Shown: piece after piece, positions 25,254-39,019 of the stretch
How the letters are laid out: each line of letters starts with the position of its first letter
Position numbering within the stretch: the stretch's first letter is position 1
Assembly (NCBI RefSeq): GCF_963921235.1
Contig: NC_086097.1
Span: 88,848,001 to 88,912,000 of the forward strand
Origin: Mobula hypostoma
Lineage: Eukaryota
Direction: 5' to 3'
Length of the DNA: 64,000 nt
Program-made: the position numbers and the translations under genes
The notes under the pieces: generated by a model
Database searches by the model: none
The model's input: the letters and a program-made list of their open reading frames with translations, nothing else
Told to the model about the DNA's origin: nothing

Positions 25254-27028
25254 CAGGGCCGGATTTAGGGGGGCCGGGGCCCCTGGGCTGGAGGTGCTGA
25301 TGGGCCCCTGCCAACACCGTAAAATGCTGCTGTACCAAGCAAAAAACGGAAAGATCAAAAGCAAAGGTTGTACTGGTCTAAATATCAAAGGTGTGGACCA
25401 AGACACTGGTTTAGTACAATACGTAGGCTATAAACTCACAGGCCTCAAGAGGGAGGACAAAAGTAATGCAGATTCTTAGTCTGAAGGACAACATCACCTG
25501 TTTCAACACAACAGTTGACACTGTTGATTCCAACGAGATTCAATGTGTGTGGTGCACATGGAACCCACTCAGCAAGTGGATTGATTTCCTTGATGCGGGA
25601 GTGTAAGCCCTTGTATGCACCGGACATATTTGCAGCATTGTCATAGCACTGCCCCTGCAGTTGCTTATGTCAATATTCATCACTCCTGAAACTTTGAGCA
25701 CACACTCACATAAAGCCTCCCCTGTGTGACTCTCAATGGGTAGAAATCGTAAGAATCGTTCCTGAATGTTTCCATCAGTTGACACATAACGTAAAATGAA
25801 TATGAGCTGATCTACGTGTGCAACATCTGTGCTTGAATCGATGCTAATAGAAAAATATTTGGCCATTTTGACTTCACTGACGATCCCTGACAGAACTCCA
25901 TCACTCATGAGCTCAATAAACTCCTCACGTTTTAGGTGAAAGATTTGAAGGGGTGCCTGATCCTGCATTTCCAAATTTCTGTATGTGCACCTTCAAAAAC
26001 AGGTCAAACTCACTTATTTACCTCTAGAATGCCTATGTAGTTGCCATTATCAGGCCTGCCAAATATGTCACAGGAGCTTCAGATAGCCGGTCCCCTCTCG
26101 ACCAAAAACTTCACAACCGCCACCACTCTTCTCAATACGTCGGTCCAGTAGACACACTCTGGCTCCATCTGCTTTTGCAGTTCTGTATCTATTTTTCCAC
26201 TGTCAGATGCTAGTGTAACATAGGTCAGTGTCGTTTTCCTGTGGTGTTGGCTATTTTCATGCTCTCCTATGCGCTCAGCGGCATGTTTCCAGTCGCTAAA
26301 GCCAGTTTCGAAGATGGGCTGACAGCTACCATCACTGAAGATGCGGCATGCAAAACAAAACACACAGCTGGTGGAAAGCCAGCCTTGATAATGTACTCAC
26401 CATTTACGAGCTTGCGTTTGAAGTGAAATCTGGAGGAAAAAATGTCTCTGCTGTTTGTATACTCGTTCCAAAGCTTTGATATCCACATCCTTGTTCTGGC
26501 AGGACTCCGGCCCTTTCTTAGCCCAGTATGCTTGGACTGAATCATCTAACGTTTCCTTTCCCCAGCGAGCAGGATCAGTGCTGTAAGGATCATCAGTAGC
26601 AGTAACGTTAACATTAATGGCGGCCCAACATGGTTGTCGGAGGCCTCTGTGGTCGGGAATCCCAAGGTCATGCTCTCTGCCTCTTCAACGTTAGCCGCTG
26701 ACTGTGGCAAGGACGGTGGTCCTGTGCTAACGCTGGTGTTAGCGCTAGCTGTTGAACAAGTCTCCATTTGTCCATCTGTCTCAGACTGTGACAAGTGTTA
26801 TGGTACTGCTGCATCATCGAGAACAGGTTTAAAAATTCTGTCAACTTCAATGTCTTTTTTAATGCTCCTTTCTCACGGTCCTCTTTTTCTTGTTTCTTTT
26901 TCTTTTCTGTGCTCCACTCTCGTATTTTTTTTTTGTCTGCCATGATGATAGCTACCTATTTTGGGCCCCTCTGCAGCTCGGGCCCCTGGGCTGCAGCCCA
27001 GCCTAGCCCTGCCTAAAGTCCGGCCCTG
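25254..27028 (-). mobile_element. Internally deleted hAT DNA transposon with ZMYM1-like (TTF zinc finger/DUF4371-type) transposase pseudogene
   Basis: TIR cagggccgga / tccggccctg; TSD ttggcccc (25246-25253) / ttggccgc (27029-27036); frameshifted pieces FCFACRIF...GFSDWKH...HENSQHH, YFSISIDSSTDVAHVDQL...ERFL and WVPCAPHTLNL. Confidence 0.93.
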
Positions 27029-27769
27029 TTGGCCGCATAGGTGGAAGAAGAGAAATCTCTTCAGAGCACCAGATTACACAAACGGCAGGGCCTGGAGATT
27101 TAAAATGGAATGCTTTGCAATTGCATGCCTTTGCCTTTCTTTGTTCTATAAATTGGAACTGCCTAGGTCTATAACTCTGGAATTCCAACCCCCCCCCCCA
27201 AATATATGTGTCTTTCTTCCACACTCCCCTCTGAGTTACACCTACTTTTCTGTCCATGCACTTGGGCATTTAACCCAATATCTCCTTACGTAGCTCATGT
27301 GAAATTGGGTCACATTAATATTTTGTGAAGTCTGACGGGACATTGATACACGTTGTTCTGCCAATTTCAATGCGACTCAAGACCGGGCAGCAGAAAAACA
27401 GCTGTTAGAACCCTGGGTTCGGCAGGTGATCAAACAGGTAGCATTGCCATGCCTAGGGGCCAGGTCAGACTTGGCTGTGTGGCTGCACTACACTCGTTAT
27501 TAATGCAGATTACAGGCAGACAGTTGGCCATGGTAAGAGAAGGAGCCACGGGCCCATATTTTCTGATGAGTAATAAGAATTATTTGGTCAGGTGAAAGAT
27601 AAGAGACCAAACACATGGTTTTGAAGCAATCCATAGGAGTCACTTTCCTGTCCAGGATCAGATTAGTAAAAGTCACTTACCGTAAATAAAAGACCCTAAG
27701 TACTAGGGATTGTCCTAAACATCTTAAAAGCAATCTCTTCCTCGTAGTAAGATTACACTTGATGTTCTT

Positions 27770-28150
27770 GCTGTTGTCATCAGAAGGTACAGAAGCCTCT
27801 GAACTCACACCACCAAGTTCAGGAACAGTTATTACCCCTTAACCATCAGACTCTTGAACCAAAGGGGATAACTTCACTTGTCCCATCACTGACATGTTCC
27901 CACAACTATCATGGATTCTTCATCTCATGTTCTTGGATATTTACTGCGTATTAATTATTATTCCTTTCTTTTTGTATTTGAACAGCTTTGGCATCTTTTG
28001 TACCTTGGTTGAATTCCCATGTTAGTGCATCTTTCACTGATTCTGTTATGCTTATTATTCTTTTGTGGATTTCTTGAGTATGCCCACAAAAAATAAATCC
28101 CAGGGTTCTATATGATGACATATGTACATTGATAATAAATTTACTTTGAA
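27770..28150 (+). mobile_element. Rex1/Babar-type 3' UTR fragment
   Basis: Similar to 18450-18760 (aggtacagaagcctc...caccaccaagttcaggaacagttattaccc...gataataaatttactttgaac). Confidence 0.75.
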
Positions 28151-28529
28151 CAAATGCCCCTGTATTCTGAATTCTGCCCCTTCATAACAAGTTCTCTACG
28201 CTTTAAGTGGCAAAAGACAACTGTTTTATCCAATGAACTGTGGAAAACTGGGACTCCTCTCCATGAAATCTTTTGGGACTGGACTAAATGAAGGGTTTGT
28301 AGGTCAAGGGTATTTGGATTATGGAGGTACTACAAATTGGCAGGAATACCCATGGGTTCGAGAGCTCTATAAAACAGCCAACATTGCTAGCATCTCTAGC
28401 TAAAATACTAAACCATGAGAAAGGAAAATAGGCTCAGACAAATTTAAAGAAGGCAGCCAAGACCACCGTGAAAGGTGAAATTGACTTGAAATGCTGAATG
28501 ATCCATAACTGTTCCTTTAAAAATGTATA

Positions 28530-29048
28530 CACTCTGTGGCCAGTTTATTAGGTACACATGCTCCTTAATGGAAATATCTAATCAGCCAATCACGTGGCAG
28601 CAACTCAATACATAAAGGCATGCAGACATGGTCAAGAGGTTCAGAATGGGAAAGAAATGTGATCTAATTTTGACCATGGAACGGTTGTTTGTGCCAGAAA
28701 GTGGGGTGGGGGGTGGGGGTTGACTATTTCGGAAACTGCTGCTCTCCTGGGATTTCCATGCACAATAGTCTCTAGAGTTTATGGAGAATGGTGCGAGAAA
28801 CAAAAATAAATCCAGTGAGTGGCAGTTCTGTGGGTAGAAATGCCTTGTTAATGGGAGAGGTCAGAGAATGGCCTGACTGGTACACGCAGGAAGGCAACAG
28901 TAACTCAAATAACCACGTGTTACAACTGTGGTGCGTGGAAGAGCATCTCCTAATGCACAACATGTCGAACCTTAAAGTGGTTGGGCTACAGCAGCAGAAG
29001 GCCATGAACAGAAATTCGGGAGGTATCTAACAAAGTGGCCACTGAGTG
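28530..29048 (+). mobile_element. Non-autonomous Tc1-like element, copy 2
   Basis: ta|cactctgtggccagttt ... aaagtggccactgagtg|ta; body homologous to copies 1 and 3. Confidence 0.85.
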
Positions 29049-29474
29049 TAAATCTCACATGTTGGTTCAGTTAGAAACAAGGGAAACATCACGTAACAGG
29101 TTAAAGTGGCAAGTGAAAGGCTGCTTGGAACATCAAATTAGTTGGGAGCTATACTTCCAAGGACAGCAGCCCAACAATTTAGCTCATTCACTAATATATC
29201 ATTCACTCAAAACTTGATAATAATGTATCAAACCTCAAAATAACCACTGGCATTTTAGCCACGAGAGCAATTACATACTCTTTGGAATCAGACACTTTCC
29301 CAGAAGCCCTGATTCTAAACCATGGGCTGAAGTCCAGCAGACTGCTATTGCCGTTGGTGTTGTGAGGACCAAGTGTCTCTATGTATCAGGTAGCTTTCTA
29401 AAATGACATTCTGCAAGACCTTTTGTTGTTAAAAAAAGAAACAGGAATGTGTAAATACAAGAGGTTCTACATCA

Positions 29475-29790
29475 GGAATTTGCATTTCTTATGACCTTAA
29501 GACTGCACAAAGTGCTTCACAGCCAACAAAGTATTTTTGCTTTAAGGCACATTTGCAATGCAGAAAATGTACTTGCCACTTTATACACATCAGGGTCCTA
29601 TAAATATCAATGTGATAACAGCCAGATAATCTAGGCATGTTGGCCTTGGGGTAGCTATCAGCCAGGACTGTAGGAAGGGGTTACTTGCTCTTTGAAGTAA
29701 TGAGATCTCTGATGGGTCAGGCAACAACATGGATGACACTTCTAAAATTACAGTGGATCTGACCATACACTCAGCATTCTGACACACTGG
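29475..29790 (+). mobile_element. Old Deu-domain SINE-like remnant
   Basis: caaagtgcttcacagccaa...aagtatttt...aaatatcaatgtgataacagccagataatct pattern; similar remnants near 11850-12180, 38770-38990 and (minus) 43870-44230. Confidence 0.5.
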
Positions 29791-30624
29791 TAGCAAATTA
29801 TTCCGCTGAACTGCAGCTCAGAATGGATATCATGAGGATTCATGCTATAGACCAGAATGAAACATCTGCAGACTGCTACAATGGATGCATCAAAGTGCTA
29901 CAGCTCCTTCTTGCATGGTCAGCTTCACACAAGAAGACCAAAAACACAGGGCTTGTTTGTTATGAAGGCTGTTCTAATTTTATTTCCATGACCTGAACAC
30001 AAAGCTGCTGAGGTGAGTAATATACGATGAAATATGAAAGAACGAGGCTCCCATAAGTCTCCAGTCAGCTGAAATATACCCTTAAGCAAGTAGACTGAAT
30101 GCATAATGGAAAGCTCACAACAACAAATTTGCTGACTTTTCAACAACATGCCTAGGCACCAAAGCAAGACAATTATGAATGTTTAACACTTTCCTCCCCT
30201 ACAGCAGTAGGCAAGAAGAGTTGTGTTATACCAACAGCAAATCTCAAAATCTTATTTTACCCTTTTGTGCTAACTGGAACGAACAACACAATGATTCATT
30301 GGATTTCCTGTTCTTAAAATAAAATGGCACAGCACTTAAGCAAAGTACTATACTGGAAGAATGCAAACGAATCCTTTGTGATTTTTCTTTGGTTGATTTA
30401 AATTACCAATCCCATATAGATTACACTGGTACGACAAATATATGCAGATCAAATCAGACCTGGCCATTAAGGGTAAAGGAGCGAAGTCTAAATCTGTTTA
30501 AAGTTTTGGAGAAAGAAGTACAGTATTTGTACTTATTTACCACCTTTATAACCTCAGAACATCTGAAATTTTACAATCAATAAAGCTCTTCAAGGAGCAT
30601 TCTGACCGTTGCAATATTTTGCAC

Positions 30625-31998
30625 TCGGGCCTGAATGACTTCCGCCCAGGTGCACACACCCCCATCATTGCAAAGTGCTTTGAGAGACTGGTTCTATCAC
30701 ATCTGAAATCCTGTCTGCCCACTACCCTGGACCCCCATCAATTTGCCTATCGCACCAACAGGTCAACAGAGGACGCCATCTCCACGGCACTTCACTCTGC
30801 CCTGACCCACCTGGACAGCCCCAACTCTTACGTCAGAATGCTGTTCGTTGACTTTAGTTCGGCATTCAATACTGTGATCCCCTCCAAGCTGATCGTCAAA
30901 CTTCACCAGCTTGGTATCAGCTCATCCCTCTGCAATCGGACCTTGAACTTTCTGACTAACAGACTCTAATCAGTTAAGTTGGACAACCTCTCCTCCTCCA
31001 CTCTCACCCTGAACACCGGCGTGCCTCAAGGCTGTGTGCTGAGCCCTCTTCTGTACTCCCTTTTCACCTATGACTGCGTTCCTGTACATGGTTCTAACTC
31101 CATAATCAAGTTCGCAGACGACACCACGGTGGTTGGTCTGATCAGAGGAGATGACGAGACGGCCTACAGGGACAAAGTCCAGTACCTGGTCACGTGGTGT
31201 GCCAACAACAGCCTGGCCCTTAACACCCAGAAGACCAAGGAGATCATTGTGGACTTCAGGCATGCTAGGAGCCACACTCACGTCCCCATCTACATCAATG
31301 GAGCTGTAGTGGAGCGTGTATCAAGCTTCAAATTCCTTGGTGTCCACATTTCTGAGGATCTCTCCTGGTCCCTGAACTCCTCCATCCTGATCAAAAAGGC
31401 GCAACAGTGCTTTTATTTCCTGCGGAGCATCAAGAAAGCTCACCTCTGTCCCAGGATACTGACGGACTTTTACCGCTGTACCATTGAGAGCATACTCACC
31501 AACTGCATCTCAGTGTGGTATGGCAATTGTCCCGTATTGGACCGCAAAGCACTCCAGTGTGTGGTGAAAACTGCCCAGCGGATTATTGGCACCCAATTGC
31601 CCACCATTGAGAACATCTACCATAAACGCTGCCTGGACAGGGCAAAATGCATTATCAAGGATGCATCTCACCCTAACCATGGACTTTTTACTCTCCTCCC
31701 ATCCGGTAGGCGCTACAGGAGCCTCCGCTCCCGCACCAGCAGGCACAGGAAGAGCTTCTTCCCTGAGGCCGTGACCCTGCTGAACCTCACATCACAGCGC
31801 TAAGCAGTATTGCACCCATATTGTACTGTCTCAGTACTTTTATATTTGTGTGCTGTAGCACTTACTTTTTATTCACAGTTATTTTGTAAATAACACTATT
31901 CTTTGCATTTCTGGTTAGATGCTAACTGCATTTCATTGGCTTTGTACCTGTACTTGACACAATGACAATAAAGTTAAATCTAATCTAATCTAATCTAA
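30625..31998 (+). mobile_element. Rex1/Babar LINE, 5'-truncated, RT region with one premature stop (30967-30969)
   Basis: [37 protein letters not shown] and YWG-like VWYG motifs; (taatc)n tail at about 31978-31998. Confidence 0.94.
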
Positions 31999-32239
31999 TT
32001 TTGGAATCCTGGAACCAATTTTGACATAGCAAGCATTCACCAACAACTCTCCAGGAATACCAGTTAAACCTTTAGGCAATGAGGGTTGCACATTAACTTG
32101 AACAGTTGGGAAGACGTTGCTGCTCTCTTTAGAATAACTCCTTTGGATTTCCTGCGATTACCTAAAATGATATATTGAAGGAGAAATCAGAGCAAATACG
32201 CAAGAAGGTTTTCTGACAACTACAAAAACACCAAGCCAG

Positions 32240-32490
32240 TCGTAAGGAGAGACTGTGATATCAACTGTTAGTACATCTTGGAGCGTTGGAGTTTGGAGTT
32301 CAATTCTGCTCTCATCTCTAAGGAATGCGTACCTCCTCCCCATGGAATGTGTGGGTTTTCTTCAGCTGCTCCGGTTTCCTCCCACATTCCAAAGACATGG
32401 CAGTTAGTCGGTAACTGATCACTGTAAATTGTCCTGTGGTTAGGCTAAGGTTAAATCGGGGGTTGCTGGGTGTCTTGGCTCAAAGACGAC
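32240..32490 (+). mobile_element. V-SINE-like element (degenerate)
   Basis: ggagttcaattc B-box-like motif and gctccggtttcctcccacattccaaagac V-domain motif. Confidence 0.7.
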
Positions 32491-33009
32491 AGATAGATAG
32501 ATCAAGCAAGCCAGTGTAAGTGTTACAGGGCACAGAATTCATGCAACCACACACTGATAGTCTCCCTGTGTACTTTCCCTGCAAAGGTGCTTCTCAATAT
32601 CCTTCCAAATAGTTAATGCTCATTGAAAGCTGAGTAGTGTAAACAGACCTCTTTGCTTTCTTAATACTAACAGAGATTTTGATCTTGATCCTTATTACTA
32701 ATGTTATGGATACAACACCCAAACCCCATGCGGTCAATTGCCTCTGCTATTCGCCAATCTTCATTAATTGGTTTATGTAAATACACTGTAAACATACATT
32801 AGGCTGCCTACTCTCTCTAGTTTGATTCTGTCCGCCAACCTTCCGGTGCCATTTATCACAACCAATTGTTCTGGCATAAGTCTCTCCTAATTAATGCTAC
32901 CTTCCTTGCCCCATCCCTGCCAAATTAATATAATCCTTTCTCCACTACACGACTGGAATTTTCTGAGAACGTTTTGTTAAGATGATCAGGACCACATCTC
33001 TCATTGCTT

Positions 33010-33143
33010 CTGTCCTGACGAAGGGTCTCGGCCTGAAACGTCAACTGTACCTCTTCCTAGAGAATGCTGCCTGGCCTGCTGCATTCACCAGCAACTTTGA
33101 TGTGTGTTGCTTGAATTTCCAGCATCTGCAGAATTCCTGTTGA
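33010..33143 (+). mobile_element. Solo Penelope pLTR unit with hammerhead motif
   Basis: 134 bp flanked by the 11-bp direct repeat tctcattgctt (32999-33009 and 33144-33154). Confidence 0.85.
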
Positions 33144-33489
33144 TCTCATTGCTTTTACCCACTCCTGAATTGATCCCAACGCTCCAAGAGTTTTAAAAAC
33201 CGTCACTGCTGCACCATCCCTTGAAGCACACAGTTACGTAAGAAAAACAGGGGGAAACAGCTGGAGGTTAATAAAGCAAAGAAATCTCAGATGTGAAAAG
33301 GAGAAATACAGAAACACTCAGCAGATCAGGCAGCATCTTGGAAAAAGAAACAGTTCATGTTCCATGTCAGAGAACTAGACAGAGAGAAGCAAGTCAAAAA
33401 TAGATGGGGGAGGGGATTAGGTAGAACAAAGGAAATATCTCTGGTTGGGTAAGGTAGGATTATGCAATATGGCAGATAAGACCATTTTG

Positions 33490-33778
33490 GGCACAGTACG
33501 GTGGTGTAGTGGTTAGCACAACACCGTACAGTACTGGCAACCTGGGTTCAATTCCCACTGCTGCCTGTAAGGGGTTCATACTCACTCCCTGTGACCGCTT
33601 GGGTTTCCTCCATGTGCTCCGGTTTCCTCCCACAGCCCAGAGACAAACCGGTTGGTAGGTTATTTAGCCATTGTAAATTGCCCCATGATTAGGCTAGGGT
33701 TAAATCGGGGGTTGCTGGATGGGGGCAGCTCAAAGGGTCGAAAAGGCGTATTCTGCACTAGATCACAATAAATAAAGG
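33490..33778 (+). mobile_element. tRNA-derived V-SINE (HE1-like)
   Basis: A-box ggtgtagtggttagc, B-box gggttcaattccc, V-domain gggtttcctcc...gctccggtttcctcccaca, (aata)n tail. Confidence 0.85.
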
Positions 33779-34299
33779 TTATTAGAATCAGATTAGGATA
33801 AACTGTCTGTGTAATGTGATGCCAGTGACACAGATCAGAATGTACAATAAAAAAAGAAAAGGAAAGAAAACTGTTAATGATTAGTGTCTTTTTTAAACTG
33901 GAGAGAAGTACATATTGGATTTCACAGAAATTAGTACAAGGACCATTGTTTTCCTTAATACATGGGTCCTCCCCAAAGTTACATCCTCATTATTCAATAT
34001 ATTTTATTCCAGATAATTGTTCATAACCTGAACAAGTTAGAAACACAGCTACGAACTGAGTTCCATACAGAAGATCCCTGCAAACCCTCCATAAGCAGCC
34101 AGCAAATCTAACCCCCCCAGTCTCCCAGAGGTCCTTAGTATCTACAGGCTGGACACAGAATGGATATGTGTCAGCTGGGGAGGACCTGTTTATGAAAGAT
34201 CTGGTAACAATTACCAAATGACACAGAACTTAGAACTGTAGTGAAGTATGGGGAAGACAATAAAAGACTTCAAGGAGACATACAGGAGAAAGCTCGGGG

Positions 34300-35095
34300 A
34301 TGTAGAGGTAGGCACACATTAGACTTAGGAAGTATATAGTGTTATATTGCAAAGGGAAAATTGAGAAGAGACAACATTTTAGGGACAATCTCCTGAACAG
34401 GTTTAAGAATAAAGATCTCAGAATATATGCATATTTTACTATACAACTGGCAAAGCAGGTCAAGAAAGTGATCAGAAAATCAAACTGGGTCTTGGGTGTC
34501 ATAAACAAGTTGTGATAAATCTTTATAAATCTTTATAAATCTGTGGCCTGGCCAGCATCCACTTCTGAGTGTCACACTTTAAGAAACACCTAAAGGCTTT
34601 AGAAAAGGCAAAACAAGATTAATGAAATGGGATTGGTGTAAATAGCCATTTTGGTTGACATGGTGGAGCTGGACCAAAGGGCCGATTTCTATAGTTCAAT
34701 GTATGTATTAATCTGTGAAAATCATTCCTGGAAATATGGATATAAGTTATGTGAAGTGACTGGAGAAGCTGAGGTGTTCTCTGTGGAACAGAGGAGGTCG
34801 GAAGAATATCTGATAAATGGATTTAAGATCACAAAGAGCACACATACAATGTGTTAAAAGTAGCAGTAGTGTCATAAATCAGGAGATGAAGCTGACAGGC
34901 AAAGGATTTAAAACTGATGTGAGGAAAAACATTTTTATGCACAAGTGTTTGAGGTATGGAATGTTCTGCCAGGGAAAGTAGTGAAGGGATATACAATTCA
35001 AAGTAAGCTGGACAACTGCTTGAAAGGAAACAACAGTAAAATTAGACTATGGGCAGGGCTGAATGGAGTGTGCTCATAATTCTTATATTGTACAG
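34300..35095 (+). mobile_element. Highly degenerate CR1 3' fragment
   Basis: Residual motifs ctttataaatct, cacactttaagaaa, ttctctgtggaacagaggagg and gaggaaaaacatttttatgcac. Confidence 0.55.
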
Positions 35096-36124
35096 CATGA
35101 CTCAGCTTTCAGACAATTGCATTCAGGTTCAGTTATTTGACAGTGAGAGGGATGAAACCAATGGGGTTTATGACAGTGGCTCAACACAGTATCAGCATCA
35201 GACAATAAAATGTCACAATTTAAGGGGAATTTAAAGGTGTGGGAGAAATGAGAGCCTGGCAGAGCCAGGAATCAGGAGTGTACGGGGAAGCTGATGCAGG
35301 TAATGTCAAAGGCGATCATCTCAGTGAGAAAAAGGAGGAAGCCAAGGAAGGATCATGGACATTTTGTGAAAATGATACAGAAGCTGTTGCAAGTGATTCT
35401 CTAGCTATAGCTAAATGAGAACAGACCCAAACAAGCATCGTGGCATCCAGATAGATGATGACCAGGAGTGGGAGGAACACATGTTCAATTGTGCCAAAGA
35501 CTCCAGACCTGTTAGGCAGGGTCTGACCTCCTTTGCCACACAATGCTTTCGATTACTTTGATCATTGTTTCCTTACTCTGACTGGGCCTCAAACTGCATT
35601 AGAAAGTGAACAAACTACACACAAGTCACCAATATTGTCTGGAACACCAGGGGGATATTCCCTGCTCCTCTATCATCTATGTTCATCCGAGCAAGAGTCA
35701 AATATTTGTTCAGCATAATACCCTGACATCTCCTAAGGGCTGAAGATGGTTGAGACCGCTTTCATGAAGCTCATACAAACTTGCTTCCGCAAAAACACCA
35801 GCAGGCACAGATGCACGGGAATACACTCTTCTTCTGGCCAAGACACCCACAGGGATAATGGCAACCATGCATTTGGGTGCAAGACCAAACTGAATTTGGA
35901 TTTTCATGTTCCAGAACTTCTGCATGTCCTAAGCATTTACAAAATATTTCATACAATTTCTCTTGAAGCTTCTACATCCTACCGCTTCCATGGGCCATTC
36001 GGACCTTCCCAAATTGCTTTATTGCCAATTTCAAACAGCAGACACTATTGCAATACAACGCCACAGGTGCCAAACTGCAAGCTTTTAAATCCACCTGAGA
36101 AAGCCAATGGGGCATCAGTTTCAA

Positions 36125-37930
36125 AAACACTAGAAGGTCTACAGATGCTGGAAATCCAAAGCAACATACACACAAAATTCTGGAAGAACTCAGCAAGTCA
36201 CGCAGTGCCTAAGGAAATGAATAAACAGTTCAGGCCAAGACTCTCTTTCAGGACTGGAAAGGAAGGGGGAGGATGCCAGAATAAAAAGGTGGGGAGGGAG
36301 GGGAAGGAAAATAGCTAGAAGGGGATAGGTGAAGCCAGGTGGGTGGGAAAGATAAAGAGCTAGAGAGCGTAGGAATCTGATAGGAAGGAAGAGTGGCCCT
36401 TAGGAGAAAGGGTAGAAGACGGGGACTCAGGGGGAAGTGAGAAGAGATAAAAGGCCAGAGTGGAGAATAGAAGAGGAGAGGGGGAGGGAAAAATCCTCTT
36501 ACTGGAAAGAGACAATGTCCATGCCATCAGGTTGGAGATTACCCAGACAGAATACAATATGCTGTTCCTCCACCTTGAGGGTGGCCTCATCATGGCACAA
36601 GAGGAGGCCATGGACCAACATGTTGGAATGGGAATCAAAATTACAGTGAATGGCCACTGGAAAGTTCCGCTTTTGGTAGATGGAGTGGAGGTGGTCAATG
36701 ATGCAGTCCTCCAATTTATGAAGGGTCTCGCCAATGCAGAGGGGGCCGCATCAGGAGCACTAGACACAATAGATGACCCCACCAGATTCTCAGGTGAAGT
36801 GCTGCCTCACCTGGGAGGGCTGTTTGGGGCCCTGCCTTGGAGGAGAATAGAAAGGTGCAGCACTGAGGCTGCTTATAGGGGTAAGTGCCGGGTGGGAGAG
36901 TAGTGGGAAGGGACGAATGGACAAGGGAATCACAGAGGGAGCAGTTGCTGCAGAAAGCAGGGGGGCAGGGTGGAAAGATATGTTGGTGATAGGATCCCTT
37001 TGGAGATGGTGTAAGTTTGGGAGGATGATGTGTTGGATGCAGAGGCTTGTGGTGGTCGGTACGGACAAGAGGAAATCTACCACTGTTAAGGTGGCAGGAA
37101 GGGGTGAGGGCAGAAGTTCAGGAAATGGAGGAGGAAGGGAAGCCCGTTATTTGAAGGAGGCCATTCTGATGTCCTGGAATAGAAAGCCGCATGCTGGGAA
37201 CAGATGCGGTGGAGATGAGGGAACAGAGGAAAGGAAATAGGTTTTGTTACTGGAGACTGGATGGGAAGAGGTATAGTCATGATAACTATAAGAATCAGTA
37301 AGTTCATAAAAGATGTCAGCTGACAGTGTCTCTCCAGAGATGGAGACAGAGAGGTTGAGAAAGGGAAGGAAGTGTCAAAAATGGACCAAGTGAATTTGAG
37401 GGCAGGGTGGAAGTTAGAGTCAAAGTTGTTGAAATGAACAAGCTCAGCATGCGGTATGAAGCAGCACCAAAGCAGTCATCAATGTAGCAGAGGGTGAGCT
37501 GGCAAGCATTACCAGGGAAGGCTTGGAACATGGACTGTTCTGCGTAGCCAATGAAGAGGCAGGCATGGCTGGGGTCCATGCGTGTGTCCCTCCGAGTCTG
37601 GAGAAAGTGAGAGGAGCTGAAGGAAAAATTGTTGAGAGTGAGGACCAGCTCTGCCAGACGGAGAAGGCTAGTGATGGAGGGGAACTGGTTGGTTCTTTTA
37701 TTGAGAAAGAAGCAGGCAGAGCTTTAAGGCCTTTGTGATTAGGGGGAGGGGATCGATGTCTATTCCCTCCCCCCCCCCCAATTATGAAGGGACTGGACAT
37801 CCATGGTGAAAATGAGGGGGTCAGAGGCAGGGAATTGAAAGTTAGTGAAGGGATCAAGAGCAGGAGAAGTGTCATGGATGTAGGTGGGAAGGGACAGAAC
37901 CAACAGGGATCAAAATGAGTCATCAGTTCA
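36125..37930 (-). mobile_element. Penelope-like element, degenerate RT (YIDD) + GIY-YIG + pLTR
   Basis: CYIDDCFGA in ORF 37316-37579; GPKQPSQVRQHFT; FPVAIHCN...LKVEEQHIVF; pLTR at about 36130-36260. Confidence 0.9.
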
Positions 37931-39019
37931 ATGTTTCTTGTAGAAAATGGCACAAAACACAGCAAGTGCTGTTATGAATTTGGAGGCTTCAGCTCTGTGG
38001 TCCAATCATTACAAGTTAGTTCACCTACATCCCGCTCAGATTCAGATATACAAACAACTGAACCACAGCTGTAAGTAAAGATGCTATTTGCAGGCAAGTA
38101 CACTGATTACAGGGTGTGGTACAGTGGTATATGTGCTTTCACTCTGTCCCTTTCCTGGACTTGCCATCACCACAATCAGTTACAGAAAGCAGAAGATAGC
38201 TCTGCCGTTTAAGAATCTGCCACCAGAACCACAGTAGATCAAGACAATGCTACTTCCAAAATTTATGGTCACTTTAGAGATAGAAGAGATTGCAATGCTG
38301 AAATCTAGAGTAAAAACACATTACTAGAGGAACTCAGCAGGTCAAGCACCAGCTTTTGGGGGGGGGGGGCTGGGAGGAGGGGGAGGAATTTGCAAAATCC
38401 TTAAGTGGATTTTGAGTTCACTGTTCTCAAGTTGTTAATATGGGAATAAATAAAACTAGGTTTTCCAATAAGCCACTGCAGATTTCCTACCTTGAGCGTT
38501 AGGAACCTGGGGTGGTGGAGTGTTGGGGGGGGGAACGCAGGAGGGGGAAGTGGATGGGAATGTGAGGACAACAAAATGGTTGCTTGACATTCAGCATTGG
38601 CGTGATGGACTAATATTTTCATGCTGCATGTCTCAATGAGCACTGTAGTACTATAAACTGGTCCTTTCACCGAATTTATGGAACTAAGAACACTGTTGTC
38701 TCCATTCAGCACTTGCCCGGTCATAGGGAACAGGAAAGAAACTGCACTAAAACCACACCTTACTGACATTTGGGGTCCTGAAGACCTTATGGCTAATGAA
38801 ATGTTTCTGAAGTCCAGTCACTAACATAGAATAGGAGACACGGTCACTGGCAGTCCTACAAACAGCAATGAGTAAATAACCAGAAAATCAGTTTTAGTAG
38901 CATTAGATAAGAAAGAAACATTCACCTGGACTCCAAACTTCCTTGAACAGCAGCAGGAGGTTTACACATCTGTGTCTGTTTAGTTGTGCCTCAGATCATC
39001 TGATTTTAAAAAAAGCAGC

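Noticed and set aside
25540..26363. Host ZMYM1-like gene
   Set aside because: Frameshifted and enclosed by hAT TIRs and a TSD, so it is a transposase relic.
33495..33570. tRNA gene
   Set aside because: The A/B boxes run directly into a V-SINE central domain and tail; it is a SINE head.
35746..36318. 190-aa ORF
   Set aside because: No recognisable domain, and the C-terminal part is antisense Penelope pLTR.
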